A DNA stretch of 63,807 bases, counting the filler, from Octopus bimaculoides (lineage: Eukaryota), in assembly GCF_001194135.2 (NCBI RefSeq). It is 6 parts of 6 records of this genome, joined end to end, with 100 filler letters (N's around TTAATTAATTAA, not from the genome) between each part and the next. Parts side by side here need not be neighbours in the genome. Positions count along the whole stretch, not along the records: positions 35,688 to 46,769 come from NC_068992.1; positions 46,870 to 58,309 come from NC_068999.1; 4 more parts are not named here. One strand, written 5' to 3'. Each line of letters begins with the position of its first letter. Within the stretch, counting starts at the first letter, position 1. The position numbers and the translations under genes were made by a program. Below, in pieces: positions 41,490 through 52,439 of the stretch. The notes beneath the pieces were generated by a model. The model was not told the origin of the DNA. It did not search any database and saw nothing but the letters and a program-made list of their open reading frames with translations.

Positions 41490-41910
41490 TCCAGTTGCAA
41501 CTTTCGTGACCCAGGATACTGACCACTTGATCAACGATGTATGACTAAATCTATCATATATGAGGCAGAAGTGACTGCAACCCTACATTATAATAATGCA
41601 ACTGCTAAGAAGACCTATACTGGATTATGGGAAGGTGAATTTTAAAATCGCTACGCCAATCATATAGCTTCCTTCCGACAGAGGGACGAAAGTAAAGCTA
41701 CTAAGTTGGTTAGCTACGTATGGACTTCGAAAGATAACGAAACACCGAATGTGATTAAATGGAAAGTAATTGAGAAATCCATACCTTATGTGAATGGATC
41801 GAATAAATTTAGACTTTCTTTGGCTGAAAGAGAGCAGATCCTGTTCAGATCTAAGATCCCTAACTCTCTGTTGAACTCCAGGTCAGAAATTTTCAGTGGT
41901 TGCATGCATA
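41490..41910 (+). mobile_element. Penelope-like element GIY-YIG endonuclease relic (Neptune-type Cys pattern)
   Basis: Translates to CNFR...PLDQRCMTKSIIYEAEV...TYTG...F*NRYANHIASF...VSYVW...IKWKVIEK; stops present. Confidence 0.7.
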
Positions 41911-42699
41911 TTCTTTTATTTGTTTCAGCCATGTTGGAGTACTGCTTTTAGTCGAATAAATCGACCCCAGGACTTATTCTTTTTTAGTTTTTGTGTTTTC
42001 GTTTTCCGTTTTAAGTTTTCTGTTGTTTACTTTCTGCGTTTTCTATATGCTGCTTTCTCAATTTTTTCTAGTTCGTTATGATAGGTAGTTTGCACCTACA
42101 GAATATATTTGAATTTGCTCAACATATGAAACTATAAGTAGCGCTTTGATACATGTATTGTGACCTTTAAATACATTATATATATCATATACTCTTTTAC
42201 TCGTTTCAGCCATGTCTGCGGTCATGTTGGAGTATCACCGGGGTCTTTCATATTTCCTTGGTTTGGAATGTATCACATCGCCGCTCCTGTATGTGCATTT
42301 GTCCCAGCTGTTGGCCTATTTAGTGCATAAGGGAGTTTGATTCTGTTACCCTTATAGTGATGTCGAGGTTATCCCTTTTTGGTGGTAACGTTGGCTTAAT
42401 GACACACAATTATTTAGTCAGTATGAGAAAGAAGGAAGTCACTGTATCTGCTCATAACAAGAAGATAGAATTCACGAGACGCTTATAATAAGTCATAACT
42501 TTTATTACTGGAGCTAATGCGTTCATATACAAGGTTAATAGAAGGAAGCTTATAACATTACATGAATATGTTCTGTTTGCAGTCACATGTCTCCAAGTAA
42601 GAAAAGCGAACGAGTGCGCGAGTGGGCATGAAATGCGGCAACTTGATCCAGTACGCGTCGAAGAATCAACAGGTACTGAATGACGCGAATTTAGAATTT

Positions 42700-43140
42700 T
42701 CTTCCTTATATAAAGTATGGACCGGAAGTCCCCGAACGTTCTAGAAGCTCGAGGGAGATTACTCTCGTTACATCCCTTTTCCGTTTTGCTTGTCGTAACG
42801 CCCAAGGGTCACTACATCCTTGTCTGCACCGTGTGTCTGGCTGTTGGTTCATCTGATATTGAGAATAGAAGGATGTCTAGTTCCTTTTTTGAACACATCT
42901 ACTTCCACCTTACGAAGATTTCTTAATTTTTGTGGTAGGGCACCGAAGAGCTGTAAGCTTTTGAGCCCTAGACTATCGCAGTACCTGATCCTGAATTTAG
43001 AAGGGGTGGATGGTACCTTTGATACGTTATAATGGCGGCCAGTCTCAGAGAAATTCTGAAGTAGTCCTTGAACCTTATTTTGGGTTTTTATGTGCTGGCC
43101 TCCTACTATCCTCCTACTATCCTCTTTCTCACCATGCAAA
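42700..43140 (-). mobile_element. 3' end of the CR1/L2-group LINE family
   Basis: YCDSLGLKSLQLFGALPQKLRNL...VDVFKK; homologous to 940-1200. Confidence 0.75.
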
Positions 43141-43330
43141 AGTTGCTTAAGAAGCCTTGTATCTTCATTCTCACCAGATGTTCACCCCACCTCAAACGAC
43201 TTGGCAGAATCATCGATTCTCCACTCCTACTACCATTTCTCTCAACTACCTCCACATCACTGATCGCCGATCTCCAATTTATCCCAAGAATTTTCCAAAG
43301 ACGATACTGATGATATCGTTCCAAATGCCT
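43106..43330 (-). mobile_element. RTE-clade LINE C-terminal fragment
   Basis: LWKILGINWRSAISDVEVVER...RLRWGEHLVRM, typical RTE post-RT motif (RxRWxGHxxRM). Confidence 0.75.
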
Positions 43331-44889
43331 TAAATGCCTACAATAAACATTCCACGTCTCACTTCCATAGAGTAATAATAATGGCAGAATACATGTGCTA
43401 TAAACCCTAAGTTTAGTCTGGGTAGATATACTATGGCTCGACCAGAGACGCTTGTCAAGCCCACCAAAAACACTATAGGTCTTGCTGATTCTTTATGGAA
43501 TTTCATTATCAAAACCAGTACTTCCTAAATAAATGGATTTGGTTACAACTTCCAACCTTGAATGTCCAGCAATCGCCATGATAGATCGCTAGCCACTAAA
43601 CCTTTTTTCCTATTTTCTCTCCCTGTTTATTTCTGTGTTCCTTTTTGTTGAAGAGCGTAGGTTCGATACGTAAAAGACTTTCTCACTTCCCGAGCGTTTA
43701 AAAATTACATATCTGTTTGTTGTTTACACACCCGTCTTCGTCTTTTGTTTTTTTGTTTTTTTTTGGCGGCGGAGTTATTACCCTCATTTACACCTGTTAT
43801 ATTTGTATGTATGTATGTATGTATGTGTATGTATGTACATTTGTATGTATGTGTATGTATGTATGTATGCATGCATGCATGCATGCATGTATGTATGTAT
43901 GTATGTATACACATACATTTGTATGTATGTGTATATATGTACATTTGTATGTATGTGAATGTATGCATGTAAAAATATGTGTGCATGTGTGTATGTGTGT
44001 GTGTGTATAGATTGACATACACGCGCGCGTGCATATGGTTGTGAGAGTCCACGCCGATATTGGTTGTCGTTACTCCTCATCCTCAGATCAATCATGATCC
44101 AACAAACCTATGACGAAAGACGTTCCAGCAATGACCATCCAGTCGGCTCTATCTGTGTCTTTCCTTTTTAAAGAAAGTAATGCAATAATTGAGGGAGTTC
44201 GGATTTAGAGTTTTTATTGTTTAGCCCCCAGTTTCAATCTCGATCCAGGGGACCTATGATCAACGACATACCATTCGTGACCATCCCACCTTTTTAGGTT
44301 ATGTGAAGAACCTATCTAATGTGTCCTTTTTTTAAGTGTGATTTGATGGAGATTTGGCTGTAATTTCTGTCAGTGAGAAAAAGCAGCCAAACATGCGCGC
44401 CCGCATTTGTGTGCGTGTGTGCGTGCGTGTCTGTGTGTACGCGCGAGAGAGAGAGAAAGAAAGAGAAAGAGAAAGGGAAAGAGAGATACGAGAGAGTGTG
44501 AGAGCAAAAGGGAGAGAGAGAGAGAGAAATATCAGTAATAGCAGAGCTGCAAAGATGAGTGAAAATTCCTATATTTGAAGATGTCAGCGAAAAACGAGGC
44601 CAGACTGCTACAGAGTGCAAATATTAAGAATTGAACCGCCATCGCCATAGTAAGGTGTATCATCAGCTCAGCTTCGAAATAATAATAATAATAATAATAA
44701 ACATCACAAATGGCTGAGGGGCGTGTGGGAGGGAAGGTTAAGGAAACGTGTGGGCTGTCTTGGTGAACGCGTCTATTTGTGTACGCGTGTGTGTGTATGG
44801 GGGGAGGTGTCCCGAAGACAAAATACACCTTAAATTGTCAGATGTAAAATTCTTGCACAACATACGCGTAGCAACTTAGACTGGCTGTC

Positions 44890-44920
<31 letters not shown>

Positions 44921-45876
44921 CTTCTTCTTCTTCTTCTTCTTCTTCTTCTTCTTCTTCTTCTACTACTACTACTACTACTACCGCGCACCGACACGAAAAA
45001 CATTAAATGTCTGCTAGAAATAGCNNNNNNNNNNNNNNNNNNNNNNNNNNNNNNNNNNNNNNNNNNNNNNNNNNNNNNNNNNNNNNNNNNNNNNNNNNNN
45101 NNNNNNNNNNNNNNNNNNNNNNNNNNNNNNNNNNNNNNNNNNNNNNNNNNNNNNNNNNNNNNNNNNNNNNNNNNNNNNNNNNNNNNNNNNNNNNNNNNNN
45201 NNNNNNNNNNNNNNNNNNNNNNNNNNNNNNNNNNNNNNNNNNNNNNNNNNNNNNNNNNNNNNNNNNNNNNNNNNNNNNNNNNNNNNNNNNNNNNNNNNNN
45301 NNNNNNNNNNNNNNNNNNNNNNNNNNNNNNNNNNNNNNNNNNNNNNNNNNNNNNNNNNNNNNNNNNNNNNNNNNNNNNNNNNNNNNNNNNNNNNNNNNNN
45401 NNNNNNNNNNNNNNNNNNNNNNNNNNNNNNNNNNNNNNNNNNNNNNGGTGGCGGCGGCGGCGGCGGTGGTGGTGGTGGTGGTGGTTTTTCAACATAAATT
45501 CAGAAGAGAAAGAAGAGGGAACGAGAGAGAGAAATGGGGGAGACCTCCCACACAGACATACAGGGACACAGACCTCACACATAGGCACACACAACAACCC
45601 ACACACAAACACACACACATACAAAAATACACACACGCACACACACAGAGCAATATACACACTCATACAAATATTCACACGTTAAAAGTAGCAGCACAAA
45701 ACAGCTTTTGTCTGCTGCTATGCTGCTGCTGCTGCTGATGATATTGGTGGAGGGCAGGTTAGGAGAGGTAGTGTGTAATGTTTGCACTTTGTGAACTGGG
45801 TCAGTCAGGCACGTGTTTGGAAATCCTAACTCAAGGCCACTCACGTCACACGCATTACAGACAAGTTACAAACACC

Positions 45877-45940
<64 letters not shown>

Positions 45941-46254
45941 TTACAGTTACATATTCACACACACACACATATNNNNNNNNNNNNNNNNNNNNNNNNNNNN
46001 NNNNNNNNNNNNNNNNNNNNNNNNNNNNNNNNNNNNNNNNNNNNNNNNNNNNNNNNNNNNNNNNNNNNNNNNNNNNNNNNNNNNNNNNNNNNNNNNNNNN
46101 NNNNNNNNNNNNNNNNNNNNNNNNNNNNNNNNNNNNNNNNNNNNNNNNNNNNNNNNNNNNNNNNNNNNNNNNNNNNNNNNNNNNNNNNNNNNNNNNNNNN
46201 NNNNNNNNNNNNNNNNNNNNNNNNNNNNNNNNNNNNNNNNNNNNNNNNNNNNNN

Positions 46255-46298
<44 letters not shown>

Positions 46299-47399
46299 CT
46301 TACAGTTACATATTCACACATACACACACACACACATACACACACATACACGTATTTGAAATATGTATATCTGTGACACACAGGTGTGTGCTCAGAAATA
46401 CACAAATTTTAATAGACACATACGCAGCTAAATCTGGTTCATGACAGGAGGAGACCTGTTCTGTACGAGGAACGTGTGTGTGTGTGTACGTGTGCGTGTG
46501 TGCGTGTGTGTGTGTGTGTGCGTGTGTGTGTTTGTTTGTTTGTGTGTATGCGTGTTTGTGCGATTGTGTGCGTGTGTGTGTGTGTTCGTGTCGACTTGTG
46601 TATATCTGTGTCTATATTAACTGTGGGCTGATTGTATCCGTGTGTTTGTGTGTGTGTGTATATGTGTGTATGTTTGCTCTCTTCTGTCTTTCTGCAGTAT
46701 TGCAATGGAAGAAGTAAGGAGCACTTTCTTTTCCCTCCTACTCTCTCTCTCTTTCTCTCTCTCTCCTTCNNNNNNNNNNNNNNNNNNNNNNNNNNNNNNN
46801 NNNNNNNNNNNNNTTAATTAATTAANNNNNNNNNNNNNNNNNNNNNNNNNNNNNNNNNNNNNNNNNNNNATTTTGAAATTGCAACTTTTGCAAAATTTTG
46901 TTTTCAGAATCGGAATCTCCACAGCCGAAAAAGAGGGTTTCCGTAAAGAAAAAAAAATTCTTTAAGTGGGGAGGAGTCGGGTTACGCCTCCACCATATGT
47001 ACCATATATATATGTGTGTGTGTGTATGTATGTATGTATAAAGACAAATTCGTTATTGTAACATGTTTCTACGTATGTCTCATATGTGTTTTAAAGCTAT
47101 ATAAAACACTTGCAGTGTCACTGAATATTCTTTGTGTCGTTTAATTGTTCTAATAGTTGTTTCGTTTATGCTAAAGTGTTACGCAGTGTTGAACTCTTTT
47201 CATTTTGAAGTTGATTTCACTACATCAATATTTTATTTTCAAAGAAATCAACTTCCTTGGTATTCGAAACTCTTGTCATTCAACTTCGAAAGGACAGAAT
47301 GTCCGTAAATTACTTTTAGAATCTGAAAATTTCAAAGGGTAAAAAAAGAGTATCTCAGCAAAGTTTATGGGAAAAGATAGACAAGCAAATAAAGTCTCG

Positions 47400-47700
47400 G
47401 CAGAAATATCAAAACACTCGACCTATTCTAGGACTACTACAGCTCTCCCTGCAACACGGAACTAGACTTCTCCTTGTTGTTTACCCCATACTGTAACTCA
47501 ATCGTTATTACTTCATTCAATCTTCTGTGGTATATTGTTCTGTATCAATTTCACTAAAAGCCTTTGCAAAGTTCAAGCCTACTCCCATTACAAGTAATTG
47601 AGGACATCTTCCATCCTCCGATCATTGTGTTGTAACTGTGTAAAACAATTTCTTTTGGGGCAGAAATCGTGCTGTTTACTATTTAGTTATTTTCTTCTAG
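47400..47700 (-). mobile_element. Highly decayed CR1/L2-group RT fragment
   Basis: Minus strand cttgaactttgcaaaggcttttagtgaaattgat corresponds to the LDFAKAFDKID motif. Confidence 0.5.
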
Positions 47701-47757
47701 GTACATTAATAAGTTCCTCCTTGATTCATTCTCTCACTTTACTGATATGTTAGGTCA

Positions 47758-47800
<43 letters not shown>

Positions 47801-49014
47801 NNNNNNNNNNNNNNNNNNNNNNNNNNNNNNNNNNNNNNNNNNNNNNNNNNNNNNNNNNNNNNNNNNNNNNNNNNNNNNNNNNNNNNNNNNNNNNNNNNNN
47901 NNNNNNNNNNNNNNNNNNNNNNNNNNNNNNNNNNNNNNNNNNNNNNNNNNNNNNNNNNNNNNNNNNNNNNNNNNNNNNNNNNNNNNNNNNNNNNNNNNNN
48001 NNNNNNNNNNNNNNNNNNNNNNNNNNNNNNNNNNNNNNNNNNNNNNNNNNNNNNNNNNNNNNNNNNNNNNNNNNNNNNNNNNNNNNNNNNNNNNNNNNNN
48101 NNNNNNNNNNNNNNNNNNNNNNNNNNNNNNNNNNNNNNNNNNNNNNNNNNNNNNNNNNNNNNNNNNNNNNNNNNNNNNNNNNNNNNNNNNNNNNNNNNNN
48201 NNNNNNNNNNNNNNNNNNNNNNNNNNNNNNNNNNNNNNNNNNNNNNNNNNNNNNNNNNNNNNNNNNNNNNNNNNNNNNNNNNNNNNNNNNNNNNNNNNNN
48301 NNNNNNNNNNNNNNNNNNNNNNNNNNNNNNNNNNNNNNNNNNNNNNNNNNNNNNNNNNNNNNNNNNNNNNNNNNNNNNNNNNNNNNNNNNNNNNNNNNNN
48401 NNNNNNNNNNNNNNNNNNNNNNNNNNNNNNNNNNNNNNNNNNNNNNNNNTTTTTTTTTTTTTTTTGTGAACCAGTGGGAATGGATGTAAAAATAATATAG
48501 TCATCATCATCATTTAATGTCTGCTTTCCGTACTGGCATGGGTCGGACGGTTTAACTGAAAACTGGTAAGCCGGGGAGCTGCACCAGGTTCCAGATTGAT
48601 TTGGCAAAGATTCTACACCTGGATGCCCTTCCTATCGCCAACCACTCCAAGAGTGTAGTGGACGCTTTTCACGTGCCACCGGCACGCATGTCATTGACCT
48701 GATACCAGCATTGGCCACGACTACGATTTCACTTGGCTTGATAGGTCTCCACAAGCACAGTATATCGCCAAAGGTCTCGGTCACTTGTCACTGCCTCCGT
48801 AAAGCTTAACGCTCGAAGGATGTTTTTTGCGTGTCACCATGCCAGTCAGACAGCACTGGCATTGGCCACGACAACGATTTCACTTGGCTTGATAGGTCTT
48901 CTCAAGTACATCATATCGCCCGTTTTGAAGGGTGCTTTTTATGTGCCAGTTACGCGACACTGGCATCTGCCATGACTACAATCTAACTTGGCTTGACAGG
49001 TCTTGTTCGTTCAG

Positions 49015-49225
49015 GCGGCGAGCTGGCAGAAACGTTAGCACGCCGGGCGAAATGCTTAGTGGTATTTCGTCTGTCTTTACGTCCTGAGTTCAAATTCTGC
49101 CAAGGTCGACTTTGCCTTTCATCCTTTCGGGATCGATAAATTAAGTACCAGTTGCGTAGTGGGGTCGATGTAATCGACTGGCACCCCCTCCACAAAAATT
49201 TCGGGCCTTGTGCCTGCAGTAGAAA
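49015..49225 (+). mobile_element. Family-B SINE
   Basis: ggcggcgagctggcagaaacg...gagttcaaattc...gggccttgtgcc. Confidence 0.8.
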
Positions 49226-50824
49226 AGAATATTTCATTTATCCTGTGAAGATCTGCAGTGAGTAAAATGTACTTCCTTAAATTAAGGGCTCCCTTTTTTA
49301 GGTGCACAGATGCTCTTTCCTTTCCAAAACTGTGTTAAAGTTTTGGGCCGGTTTTTATTTTTTGTTAGGGCTCAGATTTCTTTTATTGTTCTTTCAATTT
49401 CATGAAGGTACTTGTTACTCATAGATATATTTAATGTTGTTGTAATGATTAAAAAAAACGTCAGAGTTAGGTTTATTTTCTCTCATTTTCATGGGAATAC
49501 TTTTGCGATTACACGTTTTTAATGTATATTGGCATCATTTTTAACTGGTTCCTTTCCTTTCGTTTATTTGTCTATTTTAAAACATGTTCTTCTTACAAAA
49601 AAATCTGTTTCTCCAGATGAATGTCACTGACATTCCTCATTACGAAATTTTTAATGCATATAACTGGCATTATTGACGAATATTGTTTCTGTTTTACACC
49701 ATTGTCTTGCATGAAGCGTGTTCGATACTTCTTTCTCCTTTGGTTTTCATGACACCTTGAGAGAAATCAGGTTGGATTCTGTATCTTCTCTATGTGTTGT
49801 TGCTATAGTTTAACTGCAAGTCAGACATTCCTGCAAGGGCAGGGAATAGTTATAATCCTTTGGACGATAATCGATGAGGATTTAGTGACATTCTGTAAGT
49901 GTATTTTCCGTTTGTTTGTACTTCTATATAATTTTTTAACATACTATTTAATGTAACGACACGTACCTTATTTTGTAACTATTGTGTGTGTGTGTATTAA
50001 ATTTAAAAGGGAAAATGGCTTCTCCATCGTTCGAAAACGTACATAGCCAGACAGCTTGAACCACGCTCTAGCTAATTGTTTTAGGCACCTGTTTAGTCGC
50101 GAGCAGGTACAGACACCTGTTTTTTTTTTCAGTCCCACGCTTGATCCGGCGAAGCATCGAGAATATTACAGCAGGGAGGAAGCGCTGTGCTAGCAGTAGA
50201 CTAGCACTCATGGATCTTTTCTGTTTGGTTTTCATTTATCAATTCCTTTAATTTTGGATAAAAATAATCAAACTTTAAAACTCTGTAACATTTTTCTAAA
50301 ATTTTTGTGGAGCAAGTAAATAATAACATCAAATTCAGCGTGAAAAATTACATCAATATACCAAATTTTAAAATTTTCACTTAATTTAAAAATTTCTAAA
50401 TGTGAAAGCCAAACAAGAGATTCGCACTCATTTTTAGCAGATTAAACTAGAGCAACATGAAATGTGCCTTTCCCTAGAACACAACATGCGACCTAGTCTG
50501 GAAATCGAACTCATGATCCCAACAACCTAACCACGTTCTTCACATTAGTTTTTGATTTTGTTTTTACATCTCAAGAATTAGGTATTCGTTCATAATCCGA
50601 AAAATGACAATGTCAATCAATGCAACTCATCTCAGAACATTTGAGCAGGTTAGCTATATGTGATTATTGATGCGGTGCAAGAAACCTTAAAAATCAGTTT
50701 TGGTCTGGTCTATGTATTTGTTCATTTGTTCAGCTCCAACAACTGTATATTATTTCTTTGTAAACAAATATAAAGGGACATAACTCTCTCTGACTAGTGA
50801 TTTATATTGTCATCTTTATTGAAA

Positions 50825-50945
50825 ACTAGCTAAATAGCCCTTCGTTGCCAGGCAGCGAATGTTTTCTTCCCACGAGAGTTCCGGACCCCAGTAATGAACT
50901 CTTTTGTATAGAGCCAATCAGAGCAGAGCCACCTTCATCCTTTCT
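50825..50945 (-). mobile_element. Helitron-type 3' terminus of a short non-autonomous element
   Basis: Minus strand ends GCCtggcaacgaaGGGC-tatttag-CTAG|T; adjacent ~75 bp match 52465-52545 in inverted orientation. Confidence 0.55.
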
Positions 50946-51197
50946 TCCTTTCTAGTCAGCACCGTACCATCTTTACTCTTTCCCTGGCAGATAGTAACTT
51001 CGTCTAGGTTAATGTTTGTTTCTTTTTGCCATTGAGCATTGAGATGGCAGTGAGGTGTGCTAAAAATAACAGCTAAATAAGATATTTTAGATAAATCTTT
51101 TAAATTAAAGTTTATTTGCCAACATCTTGATCAGAGATTTAAAACTAACTGTTTTTCTCTTTTAAATTAACATAAACATTTATTTACAAGAAAGAAA

Positions 51198-51895
51198 GGA
51201 TCTTTTTTAAAACAGGGGCCACATTTTTCATTAACGAAACACTTTGAGAATGTGTCATATAAAACATCTTTTTTCTCTTAGTCTTCTTAAAAAAAAAAGA
51301 AATCCATAAGTTATTCCATGTGAAAGTTGTCGTATTTCTTTAATTTCAACCAATCACTGACGTCCATTCAGCCGATATACATTAAGTGCCGACTACATAA
51401 ACAAACGATTCTGAAACAATTAACCCTAACCCTAACCCTANNNNNNNNNNNNNNNNNNNNNNNNNNNNNNNNNNNNNNNNNNNNNNNNNNNNNNNNNNNN
51501 NNNNNNNNNNNNNNNNNNNNNNNNNNNNNNNNNNNNNNNNNNNNNNNNNNNNNNNNNNNNNNNNNNNNNNNNNNNNNNNAGGGTTAGGGTTAGGGTTAGG
51601 GTTAAAGCAAATTTAAAATGAAAAAAGCAAACAAAACGAAGGTATGGAGATTAAATACGCTTTACATCGCTTAATCAACCAAAGGAGTAAATATAAACAA
51701 CTGAATACTTGTCAGTGATTGGTTGAAATTATCGAAATAAGACAATTTTTTACATGAAATAAATTCGAATACAAAAATATTTTTCTGTTCTATAACACAA
51801 AATAGATAAGTATACGAAGTTTGAAAGTCTTTCCGTACCAAAAACACTACGTAAAACATTAATGAAAAATGTGGCCCCCGTTTTAAAATAGATCC
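51198..51895. mobile_element. Long-TIR non-autonomous DNA transposon (Merlin-like) carrying (CCCTAA)n-gap-(TTAGGG)n in its centre
   Basis: Termini GGATC.TTTTAAAAC.GGGGCCAC inverted; perfect 8-bp TSD GAAAGAAA at 51190-51197 and 51896-51903; telomere-type repeats at 51421-51440 and 51580-51603. Confidence 0.75.
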
Positions 51896-52439
51896 GAAAG
51901 AAAATTACCAGAGAACTTTCATCTAATTCTTCTAAATCTTTCTGTTAAAAATTGTTATGTATTTTTCGCATGTAACGTGTTGTTTATCGCATTTGCATTA
52001 AACACTGGTGGTTGTAAGGTGTGCTAAAAATTACAGCTAAATAAGATTTATTTACATGAAATAACATTACCGGAGTCATAACACGTTGTTTACAAATATT
52101 CTTTGTCTACGCAAGGTACGAGGCCCGAAATTTTGCGGGAGGGGACCAGTCGATTAGATCGACCCCAGTACGCAACTGTTATTTGAATTTATCGACCCCG
52201 AAAGGATGAAAGGCAAAGTCGACCTCGGTGGAGTGCTATTTTCAGAATATTGACAACAGTGTATTTATAAAACCTTCAAGTAGTTTCCCATACTTTCATA
52301 TTCGTCCCAAACATTATCTTTGATTGCTATAGTAATTCAAACCTACCGCTAACAAGCGTATGTGTTCAGTATCGATGATATTGGCATCTGAATGAGAGCA
52401 CAGTACAAGATTCGCCTGGTAATCGGAGGTCACCATTTT

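Noticed and set aside
44532-44648. 38-aa minus-strand ORF MAMAVQFLIFALCSSLA... resembling a signal peptide or alternative first exon
   Set aside because: No convincing splice donor of the needed phase and no other support; hydrophobic short ORFs arise by chance in AT-rich DNA.
45880-46330. Repeated (CA)n(TA)n-cttacagttacatattc unit on both sides of a gap
   Set aside because: Most likely contig-end redundancy or a simple minisatellite; cannot be resolved.
51421-51603. Interstitial telomere repeats as a chromosome-fusion scar
   Set aside because: Orientation is CCCTAA then TTAGGG (a fusion gives the reverse), and the repeats sit inside TIRs with a TSD.
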